Below, piece by piece: positions 39,781-52,703 of a stretch of DNA of 64,000 nt (its first letter is position 1; the number at the start of each line of letters is the position of its first letter). This DNA comes from Octopus vulgaris (lineage: Eukaryota). The position numbers were made by a program, and so were the translations under genes. Under the pieces are notes generated by a model. The model worked only from the letters and a program-made list of their open reading frames with translations, was not told where the DNA came from and searched no databases. The stretch covers positions 35,340,001 to 35,404,000 of the forward strand of contig OX597828.1 of assembly GCA_951406725.2 (NCBI GenBank). The letters are read 5' to 3'.

Positions 39781-40465
39781 AATTGTATATCATTATTTCA
39801 TTATTTCTTAGATTCATTCTTCTGTGGGTTTGTTAATCATTATTGTTCAGCAAAATACTGCAGCTAAAGCTATCTCTCTCATTGCTGCTTCTGCTATGAA
39901 AGTAGATACCATTGTTGTTGCTGCTGTTCCTGTTGTTGTTCTTACAAAGTAGATAACTAGCGAATATTTAATTATCTAACCAGATGAACAGTAAATATTA
40001 AAAAATTAAACATCAAAAATCAGATATATATTATTACATTATCTGATTAATATTTATCTTGGAATAGAATTATGGGGTGACATTTTTTTTTTTGTATCCA
40101 TTATTGTAGTTTTTTCATTTTTTCATCAATTTTTTTTATTCATCTTGTATTTGCCTCTTTTGTTCTTTTATGAAAGACGTTTGTGTAATTTAATTCTTAA
40201 AATGATACAAAATTGTGCAAAGGTATGTATATGCTTCAGCATGTGTGCGTGTATCAATATATATGTAATTTAAAGAAGGCAGAAAATGAAGAACTATCGA
40301 TGAACAACAATTGACATTTTCTGCCTTCTTTAAATTTTCATCCTATGGTTTATGAGTATAATATGCTTGCATATGTATGCCCATGGTTAAACATTGGTAA
40401 TATACTGGTAGTGTAATGGCAACTTCTATCCCTTAGACAGTTATTTTAACCTCTAACTCAGTTAA

Positions 40466-40592
<127 letters not shown>

Positions 40593-40686
40593 TGTATATA
40601 TATATACACACACATATATATATATATATACTCCTTAATCCTGTAAAACAAATCTTCGGTGTTTTTTCATCTTTTCTCTTTCTGTG

Positions 40687-40742
<56 letters not shown>

Positions 40743-40751
40743 TATATACAT

Positions 40752-40895
40752 TTATTAAAGCTGCAAAATCTTCACACAACTGTTACTCAGAGTTTCACAT
40801 TCCCATTCATCGAACAGTATTCATCACGACTGTCTTACGAGCAGGAATGTGATACTCGGAGTAGCAATTTTCTGAAGACTTTACAGCTTCAGTAA
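40752..40895. mobile_element. Short inverted-repeat Penelope-like remnant with two decayed hammerhead motifs
   Basis: Arms 40752-40818 and 40829-40895. Minus copy: actgt-tcgatga-atg ggaa tgt-gaaa-ctctgag-ta-acagt. Confidence 0.65.
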
Positions 40896-41358
40896 AAGCA
40901 CATTACTCTACCTTTGGTACTCCAGTACTCGTTTTGCCACCTTGGTTTGCATTTATGTGCCTGCTTGTGTGTGTGTGTGTCTGTGTGTGTCTGTGTGTGT
41001 GTGTGTGTGTGTGTGCGTGTGTGTGCGTGAGTGTATGTGTGTGTGCGTGTGTGTGTGTGTGTGTTTGAATGTATCATCATCGTCGTTGTCATTTAATGTC
41101 CGCTATCCATGCTGGCATGGGGTGGATGGTTTGACTGGGGGCTGGCAAGCCAGAAGGCTGCACCAGGTTCCAATCTGATCTGGCAAAGTTTCTACAGCTG
41201 GATGCCTTTCCTAACACCAACGGCTCCAAGAGTGTAGAGGGTGCTTTTTACATGCTACCAATCAGGTGGTACTGGCATTGTTCACACTTGAATGGTGCTT
41301 TTTACGTGCCATATATATATAACTCCTTACCACACAGCCACACCTGTGCCTATGTGTG

Positions 41359-41399
<41 letters not shown>

Positions 41400-41482
41400 A
41401 TACTAATATTAGGAAGTAAATCCAAACTTACAGGGAAAAATTAGATTTAGGATTAAATCCAATTTTATAGTATAAATATATA

Positions 41483-41620
41483 TTATATTAAATTAGAGAT
41501 AAAACCACTATTAGGCAAATCAAACAATGAAAAACATAAGCAAATACATAGAAAAAAATTGGCTTATGATTTTCACTGTTTGATTTGGCTAATAGTGGTT
41601 TTATCTCTAATTTAATATAA
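41483..41620. repeat. ~60-bp-arm inverted repeat
   Basis: ttatattaaattagagataaaaccactattaggcaaatcaaaca... versus ...tgtttgatttggctaatagtggttttatctctaatttaatataa. Confidence 0.9.
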
Positions 41621-42460
41621 CATATATATATATATATATATACATACATACATACATACATACATACATACATACATACATACATACATACATACATGCA
41701 TGCATACATACATACATACATACATACATACATACATGCATACATATATATACATATACACATACATATATACTCGCACACATATATATATATATATATG
41801 GATGTATGGATGTATGTATGCATGTGTCTGCATGGATGTATATGTATACATATGCTAAACACATTTGAAACCAGAACATTAAGTGCCACGATAAAGTATC
41901 ATAATACATCAAGCAAACCAACAACATGGAATTTATAATCTACAACAATTCTACGAAGCAATTTCAAGACAGATTTGACACTTTAAAAAAAATCAATAAC
42001 CTATATATTTCAATTATGAAACGAAAGCGGGTCATGTAACTGATCAATATTTTATATTTGATATGCTCTCAGAGTAATGAGACATTAACCTTGAATTTTC
42101 GGCAAGACATGTGGTTGTCTGTGAATCTCTTGGCAACAGATTTTTTTGGTTCTCTTCCGGATTCATGCATCATTGTAATGCATTTCATGCTTAGTTGAAG
42201 AACGTGAAGTTCTGTGTACATGTGGAACTATGAAATTGCATGAAGAATCTCGTAGCGATGTAGAAGTTCATTGTTCCATGGTGCGTTCCTTCCTGGATTT
42301 GATCCTACTGCTTTTTATTCCATGAGCAAGTGTCTTTTGATATAGTCTCCAGCTGATCAAGATTTGATTGGTTTTGTGTGTGTGTGTGTGAGAGAGAGTC
42401 TATATGTGTGTGTGTTTGTGTGTGAGTGTCTATATATCTACATATGCATGTGTTTATGTA

Positions 42461-42504
<44 letters not shown>

Positions 42505-42942
42505 CATGTGTGTTTGTGTGTGTGTTAGTTCATGTCTATCATCATCATCATCATCATCGTTTAACATCCACTTTCCATGCTGGCATGAGTTGGGCGGTTT
42601 GACTGAGGACTGGCGAACCAGATGGCTGCACCAGCTTCCAATCTGATCAGCTACAGCTGGATGCCTTTCCTAATGCCAACCACTCCGAGAGTGTAGTGGG
42701 TGCTTTTACGTGTCACCGGTATGAGGGCCAGTGAAGTGGTACTGGCAACGACCAAGCTCAAATGGTAATATATACCTGTGTTTTTGTGTGTATGCATGAA
42801 TATATGTATGCGTGTGTCTATATATGTATATATGTGTTTGTGCATGTGTGTGTGTGTGCATCTACATATATATGTGTGTGTGTGTGTTTGTGTATGAGTG
42901 TCTATATATCTACATATACGTGTGTTTGTGTGTCTGTGTGTC

Positions 42943-43025
<83 letters not shown>

Positions 43026-43514
43026 GTGTGTTTGTGTGTGTGTTAGTTCGTGTCTATATATGTATATACATGTGTTTGTGCATGTATACATGTATATATG
43101 TATATATGTATATATGTATGTGTGTGTCTATATATGTATATATGTGTTTGTGCATGTGTGTGTGTGTGTGTGTGTGTGCATCAACATATATGAATGTATG
43201 TATTTGTGTGTGGTTATATATGCATATATGCATATATGTTTATTGTTCGTGTGTGTTGGCGGTGGGGGGTGGCTACATATCTTTTACCTTTATACTTGTT
43301 TCAGTCATCAGACTGCAGCCATACTGGGGCAAATCCTTGAAGGGTTTAGTCAAACAAATCAGACCCGGTACTTATTTTTAAGCCTGATACTTATTCTTTT
43401 GCACTCTAAATGCTGAACCCCTAAGTTATGAGGATGTAAAGAAACCAACACAGGTTGTCAAGCAGTGCTGGGACACACACACATGCCATATATGTATATA
43501 CATACATACATACA

Positions 43515-43550
<36 letters not shown>

Positions 43551-44503
43551 TGTCAGTACTGCCTGACTGGCCCTCATGCCGGTGGCACGTAAAAGCACCC
43601 ACTACACTCTTGGAGTTGTTGGTGTTAGGAAGGGCATCCAGCTGTAGAAACTCTGCCAGATCAGATTGGTGCCTGGTGCAGCCATCTGGTTCGCCAGACC
43701 TCAGTCAAATCATCCAACCCATGCCAGCATGGAAAGCGGACATTAAACAATGATGATGATGATGATGATATATATATATATTTAAGGTGTACTATGAGCA
43801 TTTATAGAACACAGTCCTATATAAAGTCAACAAACCATTAAAAATGGAGTAGAGAAGATGTTAAAAGTTTGGTAACATTTTAATCCATACATGTGATCGT
43901 TTCAAATGGTAACACCAATATATAAGAAATATGAAAGAGATTAAACTAATTATAATTAATTTAATTATATATTGCCATTCTTGTCAGTGCAAAAAATGAA
44001 GGAAACATCAGAAAATTCATAACAGAAGAAGAAATATTTTGTTACCTGCCAAAGTAAAACTGTTATAATTGAACTCAGCCTTTCTCATATATATATATAT
44101 ATATACATCAAATGGATGTGTTATGATACTATTCCACACACACAATAACAGCCATACCAACAATCCAACACATACCCATCATCAGCTGCCCCACATATAT
44201 CACTATTGTTTCGACACCTGGGCAGTAGCATTCAGTCCGGCGGTGTCAACAGCACTAAAATAAGTGTTGTTTGGGAACAAACATATCTAAGTAATCACCA
44301 TATTCATTCACTCTTAATTCTAGAAAGGATTAAACACTAACTTTATTAATTAAACTACAACAAAGAGACACATTTACCCTCTGTACTACAGTATCAGTAA
44401 ATAAATTCAATTATTATTACACTACAGCGTTTTTCTACAGACCCGGCAGTCACACGCATAACAAAACACAATAATGTGCATATTATATAACTTGATTATT
44501 ACA

Positions 44504-44556
<53 letters not shown>

Positions 44557-44888
44557 GGTCTTAGATCCTTCGGTGTTATCAGCACAATGAGCGACAAGCC
44601 TCCTCTATACATCCCAGTTGCTCGCCTTCATCCTGGCTCCACTTGCTATTGTGTCATCCTGGAATGCACTACATCACAATCTTTGTTGGTCTTCCTCTTG
44701 GTGTTTTCCTCCCTCCTAGCATCCACTCCATTATAATGGTAGCCTGTCCCTCCTATAGTAATCAAAGCATAAAGCCAGCAAACTCTACCCACCACTTAGT
44801 CAAATATAGAGATCGTAAGAAGATAAACGCTGCATCTATACTCATTTATTTCTTATATATAATACATGAATCATGCACAAACACTCTA

Positions 44889-45825
44889 CAGAGAGGGACT
44901 TAAAGCAGAAATGAAATTTTAAACATTTAATCCTTCTCTGTGGCTCAGTACCAAATGATCCACAGCTTGGTACCGGTCTGTGACAAATAGAGAAGATTTG
45001 TTTATGTCATCAAACAGCGTATTACTGGTGGCCCAGAAGTGCTACCAGTCACCATAATGGCAGAGAGTGACTTAAAACAGAAATTCATTTTAAAATTTAA
45101 TTCGTCTGTGTGTCCCAGCACCAAATGATTCACAATTTGATACAGGTCTGTGGCCTAGTGATTAGGGCCCCACCACCCATTCAAAAAAACATTTACCATT
45201 AATGTAAATCATGGGTTGTTAACTATTTTCTACCCATGGATTCCTTTGATCACTATTGTATTCTGGTGGACCCCCATAGCCATTCAATACTTAAAAACTA
45301 ATTTTATAGATACTTCTTCCAACAATCCCTATTTTGTTATTCGCTCGTTAACTTGTGTAGGTTGAACTATGTAAAATGTTAGAGAAAGGCACCTGACTAT
45401 TTCTTGCAATACATACGAATAAATCCATCGAGAGCAAAATTTTTTCAGAGGCCCTAAAAATACTATCATGCATCACCAATTAACTATTTTACTCGCATGG
45501 ACCGCCTTTGATTACTATTTCATTCTGGTGGACCCCCATAGCCATTCAATACTTAAAAACTATTTTTATAGCTACTTCTTCCAAAAATCCCTATTTTGTT
45601 ATTCGCTCGTTAACTTGTGTAGGTTGAACTATGAAAAAATGTTGCAGAAAGAAACCCAGCTGTTTCTTGTAGTAAATACCAATAAATACCATCTAAAGCA
45701 AAATTTTTTCAAGGGCCCTTAAAATACTACTGTGGATCCCCAATTTTCTGATTGGTTGCACGAACCCCTAGAAAATCTTATATGGACTCTCAGGGGCGAT
45801 ATGGACCCCAGTTGAGATCCACTGA
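44889..45825. mobile_element. hAT-like MITE remnants with two internal tandem duplications
   Basis: About 170-bp duplication (44889 / 45061) and about 260-bp duplication (45219 / 45480); terminus ggaccccagttgagatccactg resembles a cagtggttctcaac TIR. Confidence 0.6.
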
Positions 45826-46125
45826 TGTAAATGCTGGTGACCAAGGAACAAAACTATGTAACGATTCAAACCTCCAGGTGGTCCATTAATTTAAAATATT
45901 TAAGTGAAAGAGAAGAACCAATACTCCCCACACTCCCTGCATTCACTAATAAGTTTAGCATATTTTAAAACATGCTTGAATTATTGTAGAATACGTACAA
46001 GAATTCAGTTAGTAATGTTACTTTATTTCACAGATGAACAGAAAACTCTAGAATATGTCACGCTTCATGTACTTCTGCATTAGATAAAATCAATAATATT
46101 TTGAAATAATACTTGGCTGTGCATC

Positions 46126-46157
<32 letters not shown>

Positions 46158-46583
46158 AGTGTGTGTATGTGTATGTGTTTGTGTGTGTGTGTGTGTTCAT
46201 ATAAATAAATAGATAGATAGATAGATAAATAGAGAGAGATAGATAGAGTAATAGATACACATGTGCACACACTTGCACACACTCACATACACGCACACAC
46301 ACACACACAAATATAGATACAGTACATGGAATGTCTGTAGATATATTTCAGTCCACATTTTTACCCATATACTTGAATGTGTGTGTGTGTGTGTGCATAC
46401 AACCTTTTGTATAGATATGTATATATGTGTTTGTATAGATATGTATGTATATAATCTTTTAATTCACAGAGGGAAATACCAATATTCTAGAAGTAAAACA
46501 TATCTCAAGTTTGGTTTAGTTGATAGTTTCAAAGTAATATACACATACATATATATATATATATATACATATATATACACACA

Positions 46584-46635
<52 letters not shown>

Positions 46636-46986
46636 AACATATTTATATGTATATATTTATCCATATATCTATGTGAATCCATGTATATGAATGTGGTTAT
46701 GTATCTATGTATGTATACAGCTATGGATGGATGTTTGTGTTTACCATAAATATAGCTGTATGATATTCTGCCAACCAAAATAATGAAATTGAAAATAACA
46801 ACAACAACAAGAACAACAGCGACAAAAATAAATCAGATATTTCTGATATTAATACACAGCAGGATTAACAATATTTTATGCTTTCTTTGCTGAAATTTCG
46901 TCATTTAATCAACACAAAATTGGTTTCTTTATAGTGCTCTATGTATTGTAGTCTATCTCCCTACAAATATGTGTGTGTGTGTGTAA

Positions 46987-47018
<32 letters not shown>

Positions 47019-47020
47019 CA

Positions 47021-47073
<53 letters not shown>

Positions 47074-47117
47074 CAAAAATATTATATATATTCATATCAT
47101 CATATATATATATATAT

Positions 47118-48695
47118 ATCATCATCATTGTTTAACGTCCGCTCTCCATGCTAGCATGGGTTGGACGTTTTTGACTGAGGGCTGGCGAACCAGATGACTG
47201 CACCAGGCTCCAATCTTGATTTGGCAGAGTTTCTACAGCTGGATGCCCTTCCTAATGCCAACCACTCCGAGAGTGTAGTGGGTGATTTTTACGTGCCACC
47301 GGCACGGGGGCCAGTCAGGCGGTACTGGCAATGACTTTGCTCAAATCTTTTTACTCATTCCACCAGCACAGGTGCCAGTAAGGTGACGTTGGTAACGATC
47401 ACCCTCGAATGGTACCCTTTTACGTGCCACCGGCACGGAGGCCAGTTGGCTGCTCTGGCAATGATCACGTTCGGATGGTGCTCTTGGCACCTTACTAACA
47501 TGGGCACAAGTGCCAGTAAGGCGACACGGTTAACGATCATACTCGAATGGTGCCTTTTATGTGCAACTGGCATGGAAGCCAGTTAGCTGCTCTGTCAACG
47601 ATCATGCTCGTATGGTGCTCTTTGCACCCCGCTAGTACGGATGCCAATCATTGAATGTGATTTTGATTTCACTTGCATCAACAGGTCTTCGCAAGCAGAA
47701 TTTAGTGTCCAAGGAAGGAAAAGGTACGCATAAGCGGGCTGGTTACGCTCCTGACATGGGCCACAGGTTATGGTCTCATTTGGCTTGCTGGGTCTTCGCA
47801 AGCACAGCATATTTCCAAAAGTCTCGGCCGCTAGTAATTTCCTTAGTGAGGCCTAATGTTCCAAGGTCATGCTTTACCACTTCATCCCAGGTCTTCCTGG
47901 GTCTACCTTTTCCACAGGTTCCCTCAATCGCTAGGGTGTGGCACTTTTTCACACAGCCATCCTCCTCCATTCTCGCCACATGACCATACCAGTGCAGTCG
48001 TCTCTCTTGCACACCACATCTGATGCTTCTTAGGTCCAACATTTCTCTCAAGGTACCTACACTCTGTCGAGTATGCACACTGACATTACACATCCATCGG
48101 ATCATACGGGTTCATTCCTTGCGAACTTACACATGTCCTCAGCAGTCACAGCCCATGTTTCACTGCCGTGTAGCATGGCTGTTCGTATACAAGCATCATA
48201 CAGTCTACCTTTTACTCTGAGCTAGAGGCCCTTTGTCGCCAGCAGAGGTAAGAGCTCTCTGAACTTTGCCCAAGCTATTCTTATTCTAGCAGCTACACTT
48301 TCAGTGCACCCAGCTCCGCTACTGACTTGGTGACCTAGGTAATGGAAGCTATCAACTACTTCTAGTTTTTCTCCCTGGAATGTGGCGGAAGTTGGTCTCT
48401 GCGCATTTTCAGTGTTTATTGCACTCGAGCATCTGCTACATACAAAAACTATCTTCCCAGTTAGCCTTCCTTTGATATTACTGCACCTCTTATGTGTCCA
48501 TAGCTTACACTGGGTACATCTTATAGAGTTTCTACCTACGCCTCTACTACAGATTGAGCATGGCCATCTACCTGAAGGGATTTGTGGTTTGCCTGCCTTC
48601 CTACATATTAGGACTTTGGTTTTAGCTAGGTTGATTTTAAGGCCCTTCAATTCTAATCCTTGTTTCCATGCTTGAAACTTCTCCTCTAGTTCTGA
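47118..48695 (-). mobile_element. 5'-truncated RTE-clade LINE: RT C-terminal region, PHD-finger insert, 3' UTR and (GAT)n tail
   Basis: GLKINLAKTKV...FHYLG...RIRIAWAKFRELLPLL, a stop, then HGSETWA and RRLHWYGHVARM...GRPRKTWDEVVKHDL. All are RTE ORF2 hallmarks. Confidence 0.95.
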
Positions 48696-48902
48696 TATAT
48701 ATATGTATATATATATACATACACACACACTCTATAAAATGGTTGATGTTATGAAGGGCATCTAGCCAAAGAAACCATGCCATACAGACATGGAACCTGA
48801 GAGTCCTTCAGTTGGTCAGCTCCTGCCAAACTGTCCAACCCAAGCCAACATGGAAAATGGACGTTAAATAATGATATATATATATATATATATATAGTGG
48901 TA

Positions 48903-49200
48903 TCATGCTACGTGTAGCATCTCTCTAGTTATCTTTTTCCTGAGATGCAGCACAAGGAAATCATCTTGTACCATCTCTACCCATGCCTTCCTCAGTTTTT
49001 TTTTTCTTTCTTTTGCAGTTTCCTCCCACATTCTTTTACCCATCTCCTGTCCTTCAAAAGCTATCACATGCCCGTACCAGGGCAGTCTTCTCTCCAGCAC
49101 ACCACAACCAATTCCTCGTAACCCCAATTTTTCTCATCTGCTCATTCATGCTTTATCACTCTTCCACACTAACATTACACACATTCAGTAGAGCATGTCT
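48903..49200 (-). pseudogene. Second, older RTE ORF2 C-terminal fragment
   Basis: MGLRGIGCGVLERRLPWYGHV...RKAWVEMVQDD. Confidence 0.75.
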
Positions 49201-49816
49201 ATCTTCTTTCTGTCCAGTCTCCATATATTTTCTATCTTCAATACCAATTATTTATGAGCTACGCTATTCACAAGTGCAATTCATTCATAAGCATCATATA
49301 ATCTGCTCTTTATTGGATTATTATAATTGCATAAGTGGATGTCTGTATGTATGTGGTTCTCCATAGGTAACAGTAAATACGTCTTCTGCTAAAACCCATT
49401 TATTAAAAAATAGATATAAACTGCAGAAAGCAGATTGGCTGTTATAACAATACCAAGTCGATTCATGTAGCATCTGCCCTCCCACGCATCTGAACAAAAG
49501 ATACCAGGTCATCAGCATTCTTCATTTTCTCTTGACTCAGGGGTCTTAACCCTGAAATATTGAAATATAAGATAAAGCATAAACTGTTGTTTCATCTTCT
49601 TTATTTCCTTTTCATTCCTTTATTTCCAACTTTATTCAAACTACACTCTTCTAATACTCACACACGCACACACACATACACACAAATATACACACACGCA
49701 AAAAAATACACACAAACATAAACACACACACATACATACACATGACATATTTGTGAATGGATATAAAAATCTGCTACTATATATTTATAAATATGTATTA
49801 ATATATATCAGATTGT

Positions 49817-50050
49817 AGGCGGCGAGCTGGCAGAAACGTTAGCACGCCAGGCGAAATGCGTAGCCGTATTTCGTCTGCCGTTACGTTCTGAGTTCAAATT
49901 CCGCCGCGGTCCACTTTGCCTTTCATCCTTTCGGGGTCGATTAAATAAGTACCAGTTACGAACTGGGGAGCGATGTAATCGACTTAATCCTTTGTCTGTC
50001 CTTGTTTGTCCCCTCTTTGTTTAGCCCCTTGTGGGCAGTAAAGAAATAGA
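49817..50050 (+). mobile_element. Young full-length tRNA SINE family D
   Basis: ggcggcgagctggcagaaacgttagcacgcc head, gagttcaaattcc B box; atatatatcagattgt repeats on both flanks (TSD-like). Confidence 0.9.
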
Positions 50051-51047
50051 TATATATCAGATTGTTATGTATTAATATATATATCAGTATTATTATATGT
50101 ATATTATTATTATATATATTATTATATATATTATTATATATGTATTAATATATTTCAGTAAATATATTATCAGATTGTTGTCCATAGAGCAGACATAAGC
50201 ATGTTGAATATGACAAATAAAGAAGTTCCTTTTATTTTGTGTCACCAAACAGTGTATTACCGTGTATCACGTCTGGGGTCACCAATTGTAACAAGATGAG
50301 CGATTCCCGCACTGGATAGGTGCAGCTCGCATCCTTTACATTAAATATTAATCGAAGAAAGAGTCAAGACTTCCGATTAACTTCAATAGTATAAATATTT
50401 ATTCTTTGATTCATAATATAAACATTTCCTTCCTCTGGGCGAATTGGCAACCTAGGAGCTTATTGGCAGTAGTCAAGAGGAGTGAGTTAATCCTGCCCGT
50501 TCAAGCATAGCGGAGATGCACCATGAGGTAGCAGCTCAAGAGAGCTGATGCAGACATGCCTGTCTTGTTCAGCTGCTAGCGTCCAAGAGAGCGATACCAG
50601 AGAATTTCACTGCTGCTAGTTTTCTGCGCATGTGCATGAGGGAACTTCTGATAGGCCTTCCAGAAGAATCCAGCCCTGCGCATTCATGCTGGAAATTTCC
50701 AATATGGCATCACTATAACTTGTTATGAACAGTATATTACTGGGGGCCCAGGAGTGCTACCAGTCATCATATCTGAAGGGCTGTTCATATTACCAAGTAC
50801 TGTGGTCAGTGTGAAATTGATGATAGCATTCTGACCATAGTTACATGCCATAATCAGTAATATACTGCTGCACGTGCTTGAAATACGAGAGTAGAAAAAC
50901 AGCCAGCAACTGATGAAGGGTCGTTTTTTATGTTGCTTGTCTTGCTTTCCATTTGTGTCTTTCATTGTTCGAAAAAATAGTTCGTATTCCATGTACATGT
51001 ACTTCGTATTTTTTTTGTTTTACACGTTTCATGACATCCTGTGCCCA

Positions 51048-51205
51048 CATCATCATCATCATCATCATCGTTTAGCATCTGTTTTCCATGCTAGCATGGG
51101 TTGGACGGTTCTACTGGGGTCTGTGAAGCCAGAAGGCTTCATCAGGCCCAGTCAAATCTGGCAGTGTTTCTACGGCTGGATGCCCTTCCTATGCATATAT
51201 ATATA

Positions 51206-51238
<33 letters not shown>

Positions 51239-51652
51239 AGTGATAAATAGAAGGTATATATATGTATACATTCTTTTTACATGTTTCAGTCATTTGACTG
51301 CGCCATGCTGGAGCACCGCCTTTAGTCGAACAAATCAACCCCAGGACCTATTCTTTGTAATCCTAGTACTTATTCTATTGGTCACTTTTGCCAAACTGCT
51401 AGGTTACAGGAATGTAAACACACCAACATCGGTTGCCAAGTGATGGTGGGGGAACAATGACGGACCCACAAATACACACATACATATATATATACGACAG
51501 GCTTCTTTCAGTTTCCGTCTACTAAATCCACTCAACAGGCTTTGGTTGACGCAAAGCTATAGTAGAAGAAACTTGGCCATGCAGTGGGACTGAACCCAGA
51601 ACCAGGTGCTTTGGGAAGCAAGCTTCTTACCACACAGCTATTCTTGCACCTA
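51048..51652 (-). mobile_element. RTE tail fragment (51048-51190) and family A SINE (51272-51652)
   Basis: Both match the family sequences described above. Confidence 0.85.
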
Positions 51653-51760
51653 CATATAAATGCTTGTTTTTATGTTAAGATATAATAAAGACGATTTTAC
51701 ATTAAACTAAAGAATGAGTCAATACTGTTTTGTAGAGTACAACTTTATTAATCTTTAATG

Positions 51761-51791
<31 letters not shown>

Positions 51792-51920
51792 GAAAGATAA
51801 TGTTTAATGATAATTTTTAAAGCTTTCTGAGTATTCTTGTTTAAATATATAAATGTGAGGATGTATGCATACATGTGTATATATGAAAATGTATTGGAGA
51901 ATATATATATATATAATATA

Positions 51921-51958
<38 letters not shown>

Positions 51959-51973
51959 AATAATATATATATA

Positions 51974-52018
<45 letters not shown>

Positions 52019-52212
52019 CTTCCTAGAGGTAAGACAAGTTTTTTTCATGTTTGTTGCACACACACATCTTTGCTTGTATATACGCAGTGAAGCTATACAA
52101 TAGCATTGTATTTATATCAATTGCTATTTTCCAGTAAATATTGGTGCCTTGTTGTACCATTTATCTACTTTTATATATATATCTATATATAGATATATAT
52201 ATATATATAAAT

Positions 52213-52424
52213 GGAGTTAAACGGAGGTGTTATTCTAATCTTTATACTTCCAACATATGTTTCGAAGATAAAATGTTTTATTCATTTGTTTTGTTTCTCT
52301 TTTTTTCCCTGATGTGAAGATTGCATTGTTTTACATTATTTATGCCATCTGGAATAATACCAATGTTTCCTTCGAAACATATGTCGGGAGTTTAATGATT
52401 TGAATAACACCTGCATTTAACTCT
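52213..52424 (+). mobile_element. Penelope-like inverted-repeat remnant with a long-stem-II hammerhead motif (52305-52389)
   Basis: ttcc-CTGATGt-gaag...cattg/caatg...cttc-GAAA-catatg-TC-ggga; 52213-52267 is an inverted copy of 52370-52424. Confidence 0.7.
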
Positions 52425-52590
52425 GTTTATTTATTTATTTACCAAAACATTTCACAAAACCCTGGAATTTCTATCTTTATAAGTAGGCTGTTACATCCTT
52501 GGTACTTATGCAAATTTTTGTGCTACCCTGATATCTATTTATTTATTTTTTCTGTGTTATTTTTACACATTGAAAAAATACACATACATT

Positions 52591-52622
<32 letters not shown>

Positions 52623-52660
52623 TACACACACACACACATACATACATACATATATATATA

Positions 52661-52703
<43 letters not shown>

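Noticed and set aside
50253-50730. Solo LTR
   Set aside because: A GC-richer island with minus-strand AATAAA, but no convincing TG...CA pair with a TSD could be fixed.
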